The notes: generated by a model from the letters alone, not told the origin. Shown: positions 41,042 to 55,012, counted from the stretch's first letter. The stretch: DNA of 64,000 nt from Octopus vulgaris (GCA_951406725.2 OX597818.1:104780001-104844000), one strand, 5' to 3'. A program made the numbers and translations.

Positions 41042-42060
41042 TATTGTATACAAATTATATAATATATTCAATATCAAATGATTCATAGTATATATAAATT
41101 AGTAAAATATAAAATATTTATTTATGCATAAAAATAGGGGTGGGGCGCCGAGGGTATTATGTGGCCATGAGGTGGGCGGTAACCCAAAATGTTTAAGAAC
41201 CTCCGCCTTAACTTATTGCTTCAAACAGCTTACTTATGAGTTGATAGAAAGCCGCTAAATGTTCGCTTAATCTTCTAACGCAATAGCAGCTAAATCATCC
41301 TCAAATCACACCCTGCTGTCTCTGAGAGAAAAAAATAGGATTCGTTAGATCAATGATTTTTCAACCATTTTGACTTTGTGGTGGATTGGAGATCAAAAGA
41401 AAATCACTAACACTCAACGCGTGGAAAGTTAAAAGTTACTGGCGCACTTCGCATTGAAATTCTTTTAAAGAAAATACTGTTTCAAAGTTTAAAATTTAGA
41501 AAAAATACAGAAAAAATATTTCTTACTTTGTTTAATTAATCACTCTTGCGTAAAAAAATATTAATGGCACGTTTTTCAAGAAACTTAAGCATTAGTATAG
41601 ATTTTCTAAAGACATAAATTATTTCTTATTTTTTTAAAATCCGCAACATGTCGTTTGAGAACTCTGCATTCGATACTGTAATTTAAGATAAACTGTGGCG
41701 GAAGCAGAGATGAGATGGTTGATGTGGTTGTTGGAGCAACTGTTCCTTCTAACTGTGCACATGTGCGCGCGCACACGTATTTTGCTCCTAGGAAAGAAAA
41801 ACGATGCACACACAAGGCTTTTAAGATGAAATCGGATTTTTGTTTTTATTCAAGAAATTTAAGCGATAGATATTCACACGGATGCTCACAAAGTTTACAA
41901 AGAAAGAAAATTTGCACAAAAGAAAATGTCTGAGCGTGATCACACACATAAGCACACACGCACACAACTTCAACGGAACTTTAGTTAGAACACCCATGAT
42001 CATAGAACGATCAAGGTTGGTCAAGGATGATACAACAGCAACGACTGCAGCAACAACAAT

Positions 42061-42420
42061 GGAGGCGCAATGGTCCAGTGGTTAGGGCAGCGGACTCGCG
42101 GTCGGAGGATCGCGGTTTCGATTCCCAGACTGGGCGTTGTGTGTGTTTATTGAGCGAAAACACCTAAAGCTCCACGAAGCTCCAGCAGGGGGTGGGCGAC
42201 CCCTGTTGTACTCTTTCGCTCCAACTTTCTCTCACTCTTTCTTCCTGTTTCTTGTCCCCGACTTCCTACGCAACCACTGAGCCTGGATGCGCATTCATCC
42301 ATCCGTTGATGCTCTCGGTGTCGGGGGTTGACCTGCTTTCTCTTTCTGCGTGTCTTACGAATAGCAAAGGACCACGTTTCGGACTTCTCCCACTCTAGGA
42401 CGAAGCCTGCTTCGCTCAAC
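42061..42420 (+). mobile_element. SINE family C (head ggaggcgcaatggtccagtggttagggcagcggactcgcgg)
   Basis: tRNA-like head with a TCG anticodon-like loop. Related copies at 43541 and about 56480-56788. Confidence 0.8.
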
Positions 42421-42618
42421 AGCAACAGCAACAGAAGCAACAACAACCTCGTGGTTGACAGGAAGTTGCATTGTTTCAATGATATCTGCCAACCAGGAGA
42501 AATTTCGTCAGCAGATTTTTTTATGTAGACATTGCTATCCTGATAATATTTTCAACCCTGGGCCGCAAACCTCTGCATGTTTGCTTGATCCACTAGAAAC
42601 CAATAGTAGATTCTATTT

Positions 42619-43028
42619 TCTTTTACTCTTTTACTTGTTTCAGTCATTTGACTCCGGCCATGCTGGAGCACCGCCTTTAGTCGAGCAAGTCGACCCCAGA
42701 ACTTAGTCTTTGTAAGCCTAGTACTTATTCTATCGGTCTCTTTTGCTGAACTGCTAAGTCACGGGGACACAAACACACCATCATCGGTTGTCAAGCGATG
42801 TTGGGTGGACAAACACAGACACACAAACACACACACACACACACATACACGCTCACATATATATACGACGGGCTTCTTTCAGTTTCCGTCTAACAAATCC
42901 ACTCACAAGGCTTTGGTCGACCCGAGGCTATAGTAGAAGACACTTGCCCAAAGTGCTACGCAGTGGGACAGAACCCGGAACCATGTGGTTGGTAAACAAG
43001 CTACTTACGACACAGCTATTCCTGCGCC
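42619..43028 (-). mobile_element. SINE family A
   Basis: Full-length reverse copy. Confidence 0.9.
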
Positions 43029-43540
43029 TAAGAAAAACTAGTTCTCAGGGAGATTCAGCTTGACACAGAATGTGACAAGGCCGGCCCTTTGAAATACAGG
43101 TACAACTCATTTTTGCCAGCTGAGTGCACTGGAGCAACGTGAAATAAAGTGTCTTGCTCAAGGACGCAACACGTCGCCTGGAATTGAACTCACGACCTTA
43201 CAATCGTGAGCCGAATGCCAATAATCACTAAGCCACGCCTCTTCTGAAATTTTCAGATCATATCCTGTCTTTCAAAAGTAAGGGAGAAATAGACATTAGG
43301 TAGTATTGTCATGGATATATAAATATAAATGTAGTGGTCGAAACTGGAAAGGTATTAAAGATCAACAACAATGGTGATGATGAGGAAGGTTAGAGTAACA
43401 ACGTCAGTGACAAAACAACAACACAACAAAATCAATGGCGAAACCCTCAGTAACAACAACCAGCATTGACAACACCAATACAATGCAAAAACAACAACGA
43501 CGTCGTAGGCATCAACAACAACAAAGGCATCAAGAACAGT

Positions 43541-43666
43541 GGAGGCGCAATAGCCCAGTGTTTAGGGCAGCGAACTCGCGGTCGGAGGATCGCGGTTTCG
43601 ATTCCCAGACCAGGCGTTGTGTGTGTTTATTGAGCGACAATTCCTAAAGCTCCACAAGGCTCCTGC
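43541..43666 (+). mobile_element. SINE family C head, cut off by the satellite
   Basis: Near-identical to 42061-42185. Confidence 0.8.
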
Positions 43667-45787
43667 ATCAAATTTTTGAAAAGTTTTTTTACATATTTTC
43701 ATCAAAATTTTTGAAAAGGTTTTTGAAAATTTTCATTGAAATTTTTCAAAAGTTTTTTGAAAACTTTCATCAAAATTTTTGAAAAGTTTTTTGAAAATTT
43801 TCATTGAAATTTTTCAAAAGTTTTTTGAAGATTTTCATCAAAACTTTTGAAAAGTTTTTTTGGACATTTTTACCAACATTTTTGAAACTATTTCTCAAAA
43901 TTTTCATCAAAATTTTTAAAAGGTTTTGCGAAAATTTTCATAAAATTTTTTGATAATTTTAATCAAAATTTTTCCAAAATTTTTTTTAATTTTCATCAAA
44001 GCATTATGAAAAGTTTTTTGAAAATTTTCATCAACATTTTTGAAACTATGCAAATTTTCACAAAATATTTTCAAAAATCTTAATGAAAATTTTCAAAAAA
44101 CATTCCAAAACTTTGATGGAAATTTTCAAAAAATTTTTCAAAAATCTTGGTGAAAATTTTCAAAAACTTTTCAAAACTTTTGATGAAAAAAAACTTTTCA
44201 AAAATGTTGATGAAAATTTTAAAATAACTTTTCAAGAAATTTTGATGAAGATTTTCAAAAAACTTTCCAAAATTTTGATGAAAATTTTCAGAAAAATTTT
44301 TTTTTAAATTTGTGGGAAAAATTTTCAAAACTTTTTAGTGAAAATTTTCAAAAATATTTGGTGAAAATTTTCAAAATATTTTTCAAAAATTTATGGTGAA
44401 AATTTTCAAAACTTTTTGGTGAAAATTTTCAAAAATTTTTGGGAAAAATTTTCAAAAATTTTTAGTGAAAATTTTCAAAAATATTTGGTGAAAATTTTAA
44501 AAGATTTTTTGGGAAAATTTTCACAAATTTTTGAGGAAATTTTTCAAAACTTTCTGGTGAAAATTTTCAAAAATTTTTGAGGAAAATTTTCAATATCTTT
44601 TTCAAAAATTTTTGGGAAAAATTTTTAGTGAAAATTTTCAAAAATATTTGGTGAAAATTTTCAAAACTTTTTTGGGAAAATTTTCACAAATTTTTGAGGA
44701 AATTTTTCAAAATATTTTTCAAAACTTTCTGGTGAAAATTTTGAAAAATTTTGGGGGAAAATTTTCACAAATTTTTGAGGAAATTTTACAAAAAATTTTT
44801 TCAAAACTTTCTGGTGAAAGTTTTCGAAAATTTTTGGGGAAAATTTTCAAAAATTTTTCAGGAAATTTTTCAAAAAATTTTCAAAACTTTCTGGTGAAAA
44901 TTTTTAGTGAAAATTTTCAAAAATATTTGGTGAAAATTTTCAAAAATATTCTGGGAAAACTTTCATAAGTTTTTGAGGAAATTTTTCAAAAAATTTTTCA
45001 AAACTTTCTGGTGAAAATTTTGAAAAATTTTTGGGGAAAATTTTCAAAACTTTTTGAGGAAAATTTTCAAAATCTTTTTCAAAAATTTTTGAGGAAAATT
45101 TTCAAAAACTTTTAGGAAAAATTTTAAAAGAATTTGTGGGGTAAATTTTCAAAAATTCTTGTGAAAATTAAAAAAAAATTTTTGGGAAAAATTCTCAAAA
45201 CTTTTTGAGGAAAATTTTCAAAAAATTTTTCAAAAATTTTTGGGGTAAATTTTCAAAAATTCTTGGGAAAAATTTTCAAAACTTTTTAGTGAAAATTTTC
45301 AAAAAAATTTTGGAAAAATTTTTTTTTAAATTTTGGGAAAAATTTTCAAAAATTTTTAGGGAAAATTTTCAAAAATATTTGGTGAAAATTTTCAAAAATT
45401 TTTGGGGAAAATTTTCACAAATTTTTTCAAAACATTTTTCAAAACTTTCTGGTGAAAGTTTTCGAAAATTTTTGGGGAAAATTTTCAAAAATTTTTGAGG
45501 AAAATTTTCAAAATCTTTTTCAAAAATTTTTGGGAAAAATTTTTAGTGAAAATTTTCAAAAATATTTGGTGAAGATTTTCAAAAAATATTTTGGGAAAAT
45601 TTTCACAAATTTTTGAGGAAATTTTTCAAAAAATTTTTCAAAACTTTCTGGTGAAAATTTTCAAAAATTTTTGGGGAAAATTTTCAAAACTTTTTGAGGA
45701 AAATTTTCAAAATCTTTTTCAAAATTTTTGAGGAAAATTTTCAAAAATTTTTAGGAAAAATTTTAAAAGAATTTGTGGGGTAAATTA
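43667..45787. repeat. A/T-tract satellite (about 10-11 bp and 21-23 bp subunits, ~640-bp higher-order repeat, internal orientation switch)
   Basis: Built from ggtgaaaattttcaaaaattttt variants. Rare variants recur 638-639 bp apart (44811/45449 and 45130/45769). Confidence 0.92.
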
Positions 45788-45789
45788 TG

Positions 45790-46660
45790 TAATAAAAGGT
45801 TATAATTCTAAGTTGGTCTATAAGGTGAAAATTTTAGGTTATTCTCATTTAGTTTTGGACAAGAGTAACACTATTTAGTTTGTTATTCCCTATGCTATAC
45901 AATTAAAAAGTGACTTAGTTGGGGCAGTGTATAAATTGTTTTTAAAGTACTTCAATAGAAAAAGTAGATATTATGAGATTTTGAATCCGAGATCCATTAA
46001 AGTTGCTTTTTCGGTCTCTAGGAATCTATCTTAGATTTTTTCTTCTATTAATGGAAAGAAATTATCCAGATTGTATCTTCGAGATAACTTGGTTAATTTT
46101 AGCGAGACTGATTCCATGAGTATCAATTTTAATGATTTTCCTAATAGCCAGTTTGGCTGGGATGGTTTGAATTCTATTTCTAATATAAGTTTCAATAATA
46201 ATGGAGGTAATCGCCTTTCACTTAATGATGAGGGTGCAACTAGGGGTGGGACTTCCATTTGTGATTGTAGAAACAAAGAAAATTGTTTACTTGGTAATTT
46301 TTGTAAGCGTAGGGAAGTCGTCTAACAAGCTAAAGTTATTTCTGAAGGTAATGATTACTTTTATATTGGTTCTTCTGCTAATTATAATGAGAAAAGGGTT
46401 TCAAATCATTACCATTCCTTTAGGAACAGAAACAGGGCTTCTTCTACTATTTGTAAGTTCATCTGTAATCTTAAAAATAATAATAATACGTACTTTATTG
46501 AAGAAGCATTTTAGGGACGGCTCCGGCTTATATCATTGGTACTAGGTTCTGCTCTCTTTGTTCTAAGGCTACTAAACTCTAATCTGGAAGGGGTTTTTCT
46601 GTTTTCATAAGAATAAACGCGTGTTTAAAAATTTTAAATATTGTAAGTGTTTTATTAGAC
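45790..46660 (+). pseudogene. Penelope-like (Naiad-like) C-terminal fragment with Cys-rich motif and GIY-YIG
   Basis: Translates as FVIPY...IKVAFSVSRNL...CDCRNKENCLLGNFC...VV*QAKV...FYIGSS...RVSNHYHSF. Homologous to 26643-27330. Confidence 0.82.
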
Positions 46661-47363
46661 GATTTAGTGGGTTTTGAGAGTTTTATAATTTCGGTTTCAC
46701 TCTTTGGTTTTTTACTAATCTAGTTGGTTCCTCTAGCTCAGTTTTATTTTAATTTAATTTTTAAGATATTGTGAGTATTCTAATTTTGGTCCATCTGCGT
46801 TTGTGAGACGGTGGATTTTTACATTTAATTCATTTAATTATCTTACTACCGTTTTGTTATCTCTATTTATTTATTAGCTGACCCCGTGCCGTTTATATTG
46901 ATGGCTAATTGTTATTTAAACAAGATACAAAATGAAGTACAGAACAGTCATATATACAAGCACTCAAATATTTCCCAATCACACACATACATACACATAC
47001 CCAAAATTGGAATGATCTCAGTTGTCTTGTACGTATCCATTACACACGCATGGAAGCGCTTCCATTACGTACGCACACACTCACACATTCCCACACATTC
47101 ATTCACGCACAAACATTCACATACCCCATCCTTTTCCTATATACACGTATATACATATACTCACACAGAGGTGAATGGCTGTCTTTTACTTTATTCGCCC
47201 CTTCCTTTCTCATTCATATGCTGAGAATAGCAGATACACTCCGCGCTCTTCTTCCTCAAACGGTCATTACTTTCCCTCTCTCTCTCAGTCATTGCTATTA
47301 CTCTCTCCGCCTCTGCCTCTCCTTCACTGTATTACTTTTCTCTCTACTCTCCCTTCACCGGTA

Positions 47364-47408
<45 letters not shown>

Positions 47409-47495
47409 CTCTCTCTCTCTAGCCGTTCTACTGTATTACTTGTAGGAGGCTGTTTAATTTTGCTATATTATTAAGTTTAAATTAGGACATATATT

Positions 47496-47688
47496 ACTCC
47501 TTTACTCTTTTACTTGTTTCAGTCATTTGACTGTGGCCATGCTGGAGCACCGCCATTGTTTAGTCAAGCAAATCGACCCCGGGACTTATTCTTTGTAAGC
47601 CTAGTACTATCGGTCTGTTTTGCCGAGCCGCTAAGTTACGGGGACATAAACATACCAGCTGCGGTTGTCAAGCGATGTTGGGGGACAA

Positions 47689-47723
<35 letters not shown>

Positions 47724-47879
47724 CGACGGGTTTCGTTCAGTTTCCCTCTACTAAATCCACTCACAAGTCTTTGGCCGGCCCGAGGCTATAGTAGAAGACA
47801 TTTGCCCAAGGTGTCACGCAGTGGGACGGAACCCGGAAACATGTGGTTGGTAAGCAAGCTACTTACCACACAGCCACTC
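47496..47879 (-). mobile_element. SINE family A
   Basis: Reverse copy. Confidence 0.9.
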
Positions 47880-47996
47880 ATATATTCTAGTTTGGAATAT
47901 TTGGCGTTCTTGTTATCTTTCATTTATTTGTTCACGTCTGGGGTACGAACGGACTTTGTATATTTTTGTTGGTCGTAATCATTCATACTAGTATGT

Positions 47997-48090
47997 AATT
48001 CCTGATGAGGAATCTAATTTGTATTTCATGAAGAGTTTTTCATCATTGTCTTTGGAATTAATTAGACTCGGAAGCAATTTGTAGACTGTA
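47997..48090 (+). ncRNA. Degenerate hammerhead relic, probably the 3' repeat of the PLE at 45790
   Basis: CTGATGA-g-gaatctaatt...aattagactc-gGAAG. The GAAA core is mutated. Confidence 0.4.
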
Positions 48091-48167
48091 TAATGGTTCT
48101 CAACCAACTTGGATTTGAATTTAATTAAAGTTCGTCTACACTTACAATTTTTTTTCTTTTCCTTATA

Positions 48168-48464
48168 CTTTAGCCATCACTGATTTTTGCTACAACATCA
48201 TTAATGTTTACATACCATCCCCCAGGAATGCGTCTAATATGTAAATTGGTATATCTAATAACTTAACAGCGCTGTATGCGGTGGCTATATATAAGCAATG
48301 TGTTCGGAGGCAATAATGGACGAGATGAGTGCTGAGGAAGAGGCAACAATTCCCGAAATATAACATACACACTCATTACCCATTTTTGTCTTCGATCACG
48401 TTGTTTGTTTACATCTAACATCTCGATACGAAACGTTGTAGCAAAAATCAGTGATGGTTTATAG
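48168..48464. mobile_element. MITE with ~29-bp TIRs
   Basis: TIR cores ccatcactgatttttgctacaac and gttgtagcaaaaatcagtgatgg. Non-coding interior. Confidence 0.75.
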
Positions 48465-48790
48465 TTCCATAGAATATCTGTAGAAATAACCTTAACAAAA
48501 TAATGTAAGAAGCACTGTTGATGCAGTAGAACGCGGTTCTGACTTATAAAAACATTTAGAACTCCTTATAGTATATAATGGTTGCATAACGAAGTACTAG
48601 GTACCTATAAATCATTAACTTTGATATAATGTTCGTCTCAGTCATCTGGTATACTTCACGGACATGATTTGATTCGCAGATGCAAGACTGTTCACTTCTT
48701 TTTTATATTTTTACTGTCCAACTCAGTCGTTATATAAGGAATTATTTACAGCCCTGTTCATATTCTTAAAGCGTCTAATTTCACAACCAC

Positions 48791-48845
<55 letters not shown>

Positions 48846-48919
48846 TACATGTGTGTCTGCATGAATGTGTATATTTGCATATATATGGGTATATGTATGT
48901 GTATGTATATGTATAGTAA

Positions 48920-49250
48920 AGGCACATGGCTCAGTGGTTATAGCGTCGAGCTTACGATCGCGAGTTTATGAGTTCGATTTCCGGACCGGGCTAAGTGTTG
49001 TGTTATTGAGCAAGACACTTTATTTCACGTTGCTCCAGTTAACTCAACAGTAGAAATGAGTTGTGACGTCACTGGTGTCAAGCTGTACCGGCCTTTGCCA
49101 TTCCCTTGGATAACATCAATGGTGTGGATAGGGGAGGCTGGTATGCATGGGCGACTGCTGGCTTTCCATAAACAACCTTGCCCGGACTTGTACCTCGGAG
49201 GGTAACTTTCTAGGTGCAATCCCATGGTCATTCATGACCGAAGGGGGTCT
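48920..49250 (+). mobile_element. tRNA-headed SINE (related to family D)
   Basis: ggcacatggctcagtggtta...gagttcgatttcc...ttgagcaagacactttatttcacgttgctccagt. Confidence 0.7.
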
Positions 49251-49423
49251 CCTCATGTATGTGAATTCCCTAGACATGAAGCCATGTTCCTCGAGAATAT
49301 ATACATATGAGATTATATATACATACAACGGAGTTACCACTAAACACAAACTGCCGTAGAAATAGATTACTGGGTATATGGTCATTGATAGCCTCTTCTC
49401 ACTTTCCATTATTTCCTTTCATT

Positions 49424-49462
49424 CCTTTCTCTCGAAGAGCGTAGGCTCGAAACGTCAAAGAC
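49424..49462 (+). ncRNA. Degenerate minimal hammerhead-like motif
   Basis: cttt-ctctcga-a-gagc(gtag)gctc-GAA-acgt-c-aaag. Same family as 5586. Confidence 0.35.
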
Positions 49463-49564
49463 TTTTCCATTCTTCTCAAGCGTCAAACTAATACACCTGC
49501 TTCTTGTTCTCTTACCTGTCTTTGTCTTTTGTTTTCTGTATGTTTGAACTAGAGACAGACAGAT

Positions 49565-49707
<143 letters not shown>

Positions 49708-50202
49708 TTCTATATGATTTTCCCTGAATATAGGCACAGGTTTCTAACAAACATATGCATATAAAACTATTCATTCATACAATACCGTCATCACCAGGCA
49801 CAGAGGACAAAAGTAATCGCAAAGAGGACAACAGAAATAAATATTCTGCATATTGTTATTACAATAACCACCTTCTGAATTAATTTTTCATGGTGAATTT
49901 CGAAGGTGTATCACTTTCATTGTAAAAATTTGCATGAGAAGAGGATGCTACTGAATTACACGACTATTTGGCTGGGCATGATATAATCTGTTTCTACTTT
50001 ATGGCGCTACTATAGTGCATAAAAGTATAAAATTATTAAACTTCTCGTGGTGTAATCTTTGTACATAGACTCAATGGCGTTACATGCATGTATAATATTG
50101 TATGCAAATGTTCAATAGTAACGTGTGCAGATAAATTGTATGGAATATATTTCAACAGACTCTGTATTTGTCGCTCTCTTATTAGAATTACACTTGTAAG
50201 AA

Positions 50203-50933
50203 GTTGAATCAAAAGTTTTTCGAATTGCACCAAATGCAAAACATAGCCTGTTCAAAGAGCTCTTATTTGAAAACAGGTTCTGAAGTGGCCGGAACGAAGC
50301 CATTGATTTCGTTTATTGGGATAACGAAACTACATCCATTTCTCATGCCCTGTTACAATTCAACACCAAAGATGGGCATCTCGAGGATTTTCCAGCAGTT
50401 ATTTGCAATTGCTCACACGTCATTGAGTTTGACCATTGGTCAGTCCATGAGTATCTTCTTCATAGCATCTGTTCACAAATCTGAGTTTTTGGAGGTGTCG
50501 ACTGATGGTGTTTTGTGAAGGACAACGTACGAGTGCATTTTCTTGGTTGTTGTTGAACTATTCCAAGCAAGACTTCATCTTCCACTATAGAAGATCTCTC
50601 TGTACTTGTTTTGCTTTCGATGTTGGTGTCAGCTTCGTTGAAACGTTTGAACCAACTTTTGGGCTACGTGTTTGTTGACGGTTCCTGAGTCTTCCACATT
50701 AATCTTTTTACCGCTGCCGCTCTTGCACCAGTGAATTTTCCGCAGGTGGCGTACAATAACTCTAACCGTAATGTTTTCACCACTCATTATCAAAGCTGCA
50801 TATATTATACATAAAAATAAAGAATAAACAATGCAGCAACGACTGGACAAGTTGTATCAAATTAATGAAACAACATGGAGATGCAAGTTGCCCAAAATCA
50901 TCAATGAAAATCAGAAACAACTTCTGATTCAAC
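50203..50933 (-). mobile_element. Decayed, internally deleted mariner element
   Basis: Imperfect TIRs gttgaatcaRaagtt. The minus strand reads IVTGHEKWM, similar to VTGDEKW. Confidence 0.7.
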
Positions 50934-51149
50934 CAGGTCTTGACCCAGGCTAACAACTTTGAGTTCTTTGGTTAGGGTGGAAACTGTACTTGTATTGGCA
51001 AACACACATGATTTGTATATGTGTGTATATTTGTATGTATGCATGTATACATATGTATGCATGTATGTAGGTATTCAGGATATTTTTCACTAGACATGGA
51101 CGCATTTTTCTCGTGAGCATATGCATCTAGAATTCTAAATTTACAGCCA

Positions 51150-51735
51150 CAAAGAAAGAAAATTACTAATTTCATAGACCTTGATAGCACCATAAAGCAA
51201 AACCAGAATATATTATAACCAGACGAAAAGTCATGAAATTTACTAGTTTCCTCTTCGTGCAGAAATCTTTACAGTTAAAATGCTCTACCGTCGAAATTTA
51301 GCATTAAAAATTAAAAATCGGAAGGGGTTTATTATAATAGCAATAAAAATAAATATTTCACAAATATAACGGCAATATTACTTCCTGTAAAGTTTGGAAA
51401 ATTGCTCAAAGAGATAGAATATAATCAATTTCAGAACGGTAATATAATAATATATGAAATCAATATAATCTACTTCACTGAACACCTTTCTAAACTTCGG
51501 ACGAGGAAGTATTCTCGTTAAAATTGCGAAATATTCATTTCTATTGCTGTTATAATAGTCCTCTTCTTATTTCTAAATTTTAATGTTAAATTTTGATGGT
51601 GGAGCGCTTTCACTATAATGATTTATATGTACAGAAAAATCATTTAAAATTTACGAATTTTAGACCAGACGAGTTATGCTCTCTTTCGACTTCATGGCAA
51701 TGTCATTGTATTTCAAATCAATAATTTTGTACTAG
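51150..51735. mobile_element. Old fold-back MITE (long diverged inverted repeat)
   Basis: About 51255-51425 is complementary to about 51462-51632, with weaker complementarity extending outward. Confidence 0.65.
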
Positions 51736-52004
51736 TCTGCTTGCGCTTGCTGATGACGGCATTGTATGTATGCATAGTTTCATATACATTAGTCTACAAG
51801 AAATATGGATTATATCTACGAAAAATATATTGAATGCGTGTGTGTGTCTGTATGTTTTACTTTACCTATATGATTTGGGTTACATCATTTTATATGATAT
51901 ATGTTCCCTAGGAAATTTAATATATTCTATTTTATATGGTTCTTTACTAAACTCTAAACGAAGTAACCTCTTTTTGCTTGCGAAATATTAATTTCTACTT
52001 ATAT

Positions 52005-52070
<66 letters not shown>

Positions 52071-52074
<4 letters not shown>

Positions 52075-52135
52075 AGTTTAACGCAGATGTATTTCAAATT
52101 CTTTTACTTCCGACACATGTTTCGAAGATATCACT
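52071..52135 (-). mobile_element. PLE terminal-repeat fragment next to (TA)n
   Basis: atggagtttaacg...caaattcttttacttccgacacatgtttcgaagat resembles 26610-26668 (3' half of the hammerhead). Confidence 0.6.
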
Positions 52136-52269
52136 GATATTATTCCAAAAGAATAAAATAGTGTAAATTTGAACTCAGAACGTAATGGCAGACGAAATAC
52201 GACTACGCATTTCGCCCGGCGTGCTAACGGTTCTGCCAGCTCGCCGCCGAATTGTTGCTACATTACGAA

Positions 52270-52685
52270 TGATGCTCCAGCTTTAGCAACAGTGTAAAAG
52301 TGGGTAGCTGAGTTGATGAGGTGAATGGACAGTGTTGAAGATGACGCAAGTTTTGAACGTCCTGAAATGGCCACCATCGAGGAAAACATTGATCGCTTTC
52401 ACCACTAGTGGTTGACTATAAATCAAATAACCAAAGCTATTAGCACATCCAGTGAGAGAATTACTCTTTTACTCTCTTACTTGGTTCAGTCATTTGACTG
52501 TGGCCATACTGGAGCATCGCCTTTAGTCGAACAAATCGAACCCAGGACTTATTCTTTGTAAGCCTAGTACTTATTCTATCGATCTTTTGCCGAATCGCTA
52601 AGTTACGGGGACGTAAACACACCTGCATCGATTGTCAAGCGATGTTGGGGGACAAACACAGACACACAAACATATACACACACAC

Positions 52686-52756
<71 letters not shown>

Positions 52757-52915
52757 TACGACGGGTTTCTTTCAGTTTCCGTCTACCAAATCCATTCACA
52801 AGGCTTTGGTCGACCCGAGGCTATAGTAAATGACACTTGCCCAAGGTGCCGAATTGAGAATATTCTGCACGATTAACTTGACATGATAAAGGTTTCTGCT
52901 CGGTAGGTACCACAT
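52270..52915 (+). pseudogene. Mariner transposase N-terminal relic split by a SINE
   Basis: Reads APALATV*KWVAE...VEDD...RP...EENID, then after the SINE ENILHD*LDMIKVSAR*VP (WVP motif). Confidence 0.75.
52463..52850 (-). mobile_element. SINE family A, head-truncated, nested in the mariner relic
   Basis: Flanked by a gaatt direct repeat. Confidence 0.88.
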
Positions 52916-52989
52916 ATAAATAGACAGACAGTTAGACAGACAAGAAATGTATGTATCATCATAGAGGTCAGCTGATCTCAATTATTTGA

Positions 52990-53228
52990 AAATCAAAAAG
53001 AAGATAACTATGGACAACTACTTCGAAACCTCAAGCTTCTATATCCAGATTGCGAATTTATATTTATACCAATTATAATCGAAGCACTTGGTTTTGTAAG
53101 TAGACGCCTGTCAGTCTGGATAAACTTGGATTTTCAGAAAAAGAAATAAACCAACTGATTAGCATATTACAAATACGATCTGTAAGCGAAACAGTGAAAC
53201 AATGCGAAACTTTCCCCAGGTTTAAAAT
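52990..53228 (+). pseudogene. C-terminal fragment of an RLE-endonuclease non-LTR retrotransposon
   Basis: KEDNYGQLLRNLKLLYP...FIPIIIEALGFV resembles the K--KY--L...P-I-GALG motif. Confidence 0.55.
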
Positions 53229-53250
53229 GTGACATTGATTTCGCTATCTA

Positions 53251-53668
53251 GCCGTAGGAGTGGCTGTGTGGTAAGTAGCTTGCTTACGAACCACATGTTT
53301 CCAGGTTCTGTCCCACTGCGTCGCATCTTGGACAAGTGTCTTCTACTACAGCCTCGGGCCGACCAAAGCCTTGTGAGTGGATTTGGTAGACGGAAACTGA
53401 AAGAAACCCGTTCTATATATGTATATGTATGTGTGTGTGTGTGTATATGTTTGTGTGCCTGTGTTTGTCTCCCAACATCGCTTGACAACCGATGCTGGTG
53501 TGTTTATGTACCCGTAACTTAGCGGTTCGGCAAAAGAGACCGATAGAATAAGTACTACGCTTACAAAGAATAAGTCCTGGGTTCGATTTGATCGATTAAA
53601 AGGCGGTGCTCCAGCATGGCCACAGTCAAATGACTGAAACAAGTAAAAAAGTAAAAGGATAAAAGAGT
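53251..53668 (+). mobile_element. SINE family A
   Basis: Full-length copy. Confidence 0.9.
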
Positions 53669-54260
53669 ACGCTCCAAAGATGGAGATTTGTATCTTTATT
53701 AGAAACTAGCTCCTTCTTCAGCGGAAGAATTTAAATGATTAAATATCGAAGAAACAAACATACATCGGATAAAGATCCTTCTAACTTCATATAGACACAT
53801 ATAACTGGTTTCTGTGGTGCATATGTTCCCGAACTTGGACGGGATGCCGGTCCGTCCCAAGATTACTAATTTTTGCCAGTTGAGTAGACTTGGAGCAACT
53901 TGAAATTAAGGACACCAACGCTCAAGACCAATAACGCTTCGCACGGTTCAGGAATCAAAATTACAGTCATACGATTGTGAGTCCAACACCCCAACCAGCA
54001 AAACGCGAAGCTAAAAGCAATAACATATGCCAACATTTGCTCAAACAAACCTTAGTATCGTCGAAAAAACACCGCCCACGAGTAAGCGACGGAAGATGGT
54101 GACAGAGTAGAATAGAAGAAACGATTTGGAAAGGTATTGCAACCGAGAAGCAGACGAATAAACTGTTGCAGGTCAAATAAAACATTGGCATCATTATAAT
54201 TAGGTCTGATCACACGTTGATGTTTATCTCTAATCAACAAAAAGAAATATAATTGACTCT

Positions 54261-54476
54261 TTATTTACATTATTTACATTCGACGGATATTCGTTCTCAT
54301 CTTGTTTGTTGTTAACACAACGTTTCGCCAGATATACCCTCCAGCCCTCTTCAGGTGTCTTGGGGAATATGCCCACGGGCATATGGCGTAGTGGTTAAGA
54401 GCGCGGGCTACTAACCCCAGGATTCCGAGTTCGATTCTAAGCAGTGACCTGAACAATAACAATAATAATAACAATA

Positions 54477-54537
<61 letters not shown>

Positions 54538-54698
54538 GGCGTAGAAGTGGCTGTGTGGTAAGTAGCTTGCTTACGAACCACATGATTCCGGGTTCAGTCC
54601 ACTGCGTGGCGCCTTGGGCAAGTGTCTTCTACTATACCCTAGGGTCAACCAAAGCCTTGTGAGTGGATTTAGTAGACGGAAACTGAAAGAAGCCCGCC

Positions 54699-54752
<54 letters not shown>

Positions 54753-55012
54753 ATATGTATGTGTATATATATGTTTGTATGTCTAACAATAGATGCTGGT
54801 GTGTTTACGTCCCCGTAACCTAGCGGTTCGGCAAAATAGACCGATAGAACAAGTACTAGGATTACAAAGAATAAGTCCTTTTGCTCGACTAAAAAAAAGT
54901 GGCGCTCCAGCATGGCCACAGTCAAATGACTGAAACAAGTAAAAGAATGAAAGAGTAATACTACTACTACTATTGCTGCTGCTGCTGCTGCGCTCCCTCT
55001 TACTACTACTAC

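Noticed and set aside
44080-45498. K/F/I/N-rich ORFs
   Set aside because: They are translations of the A/T satellite.
54377-54450. Functional tRNA gene (also considered for 42061, 43541 and 48920)
   Set aside because: Acceptor stems do not pair well, and each continues into a repeat body. They are SINE heads.
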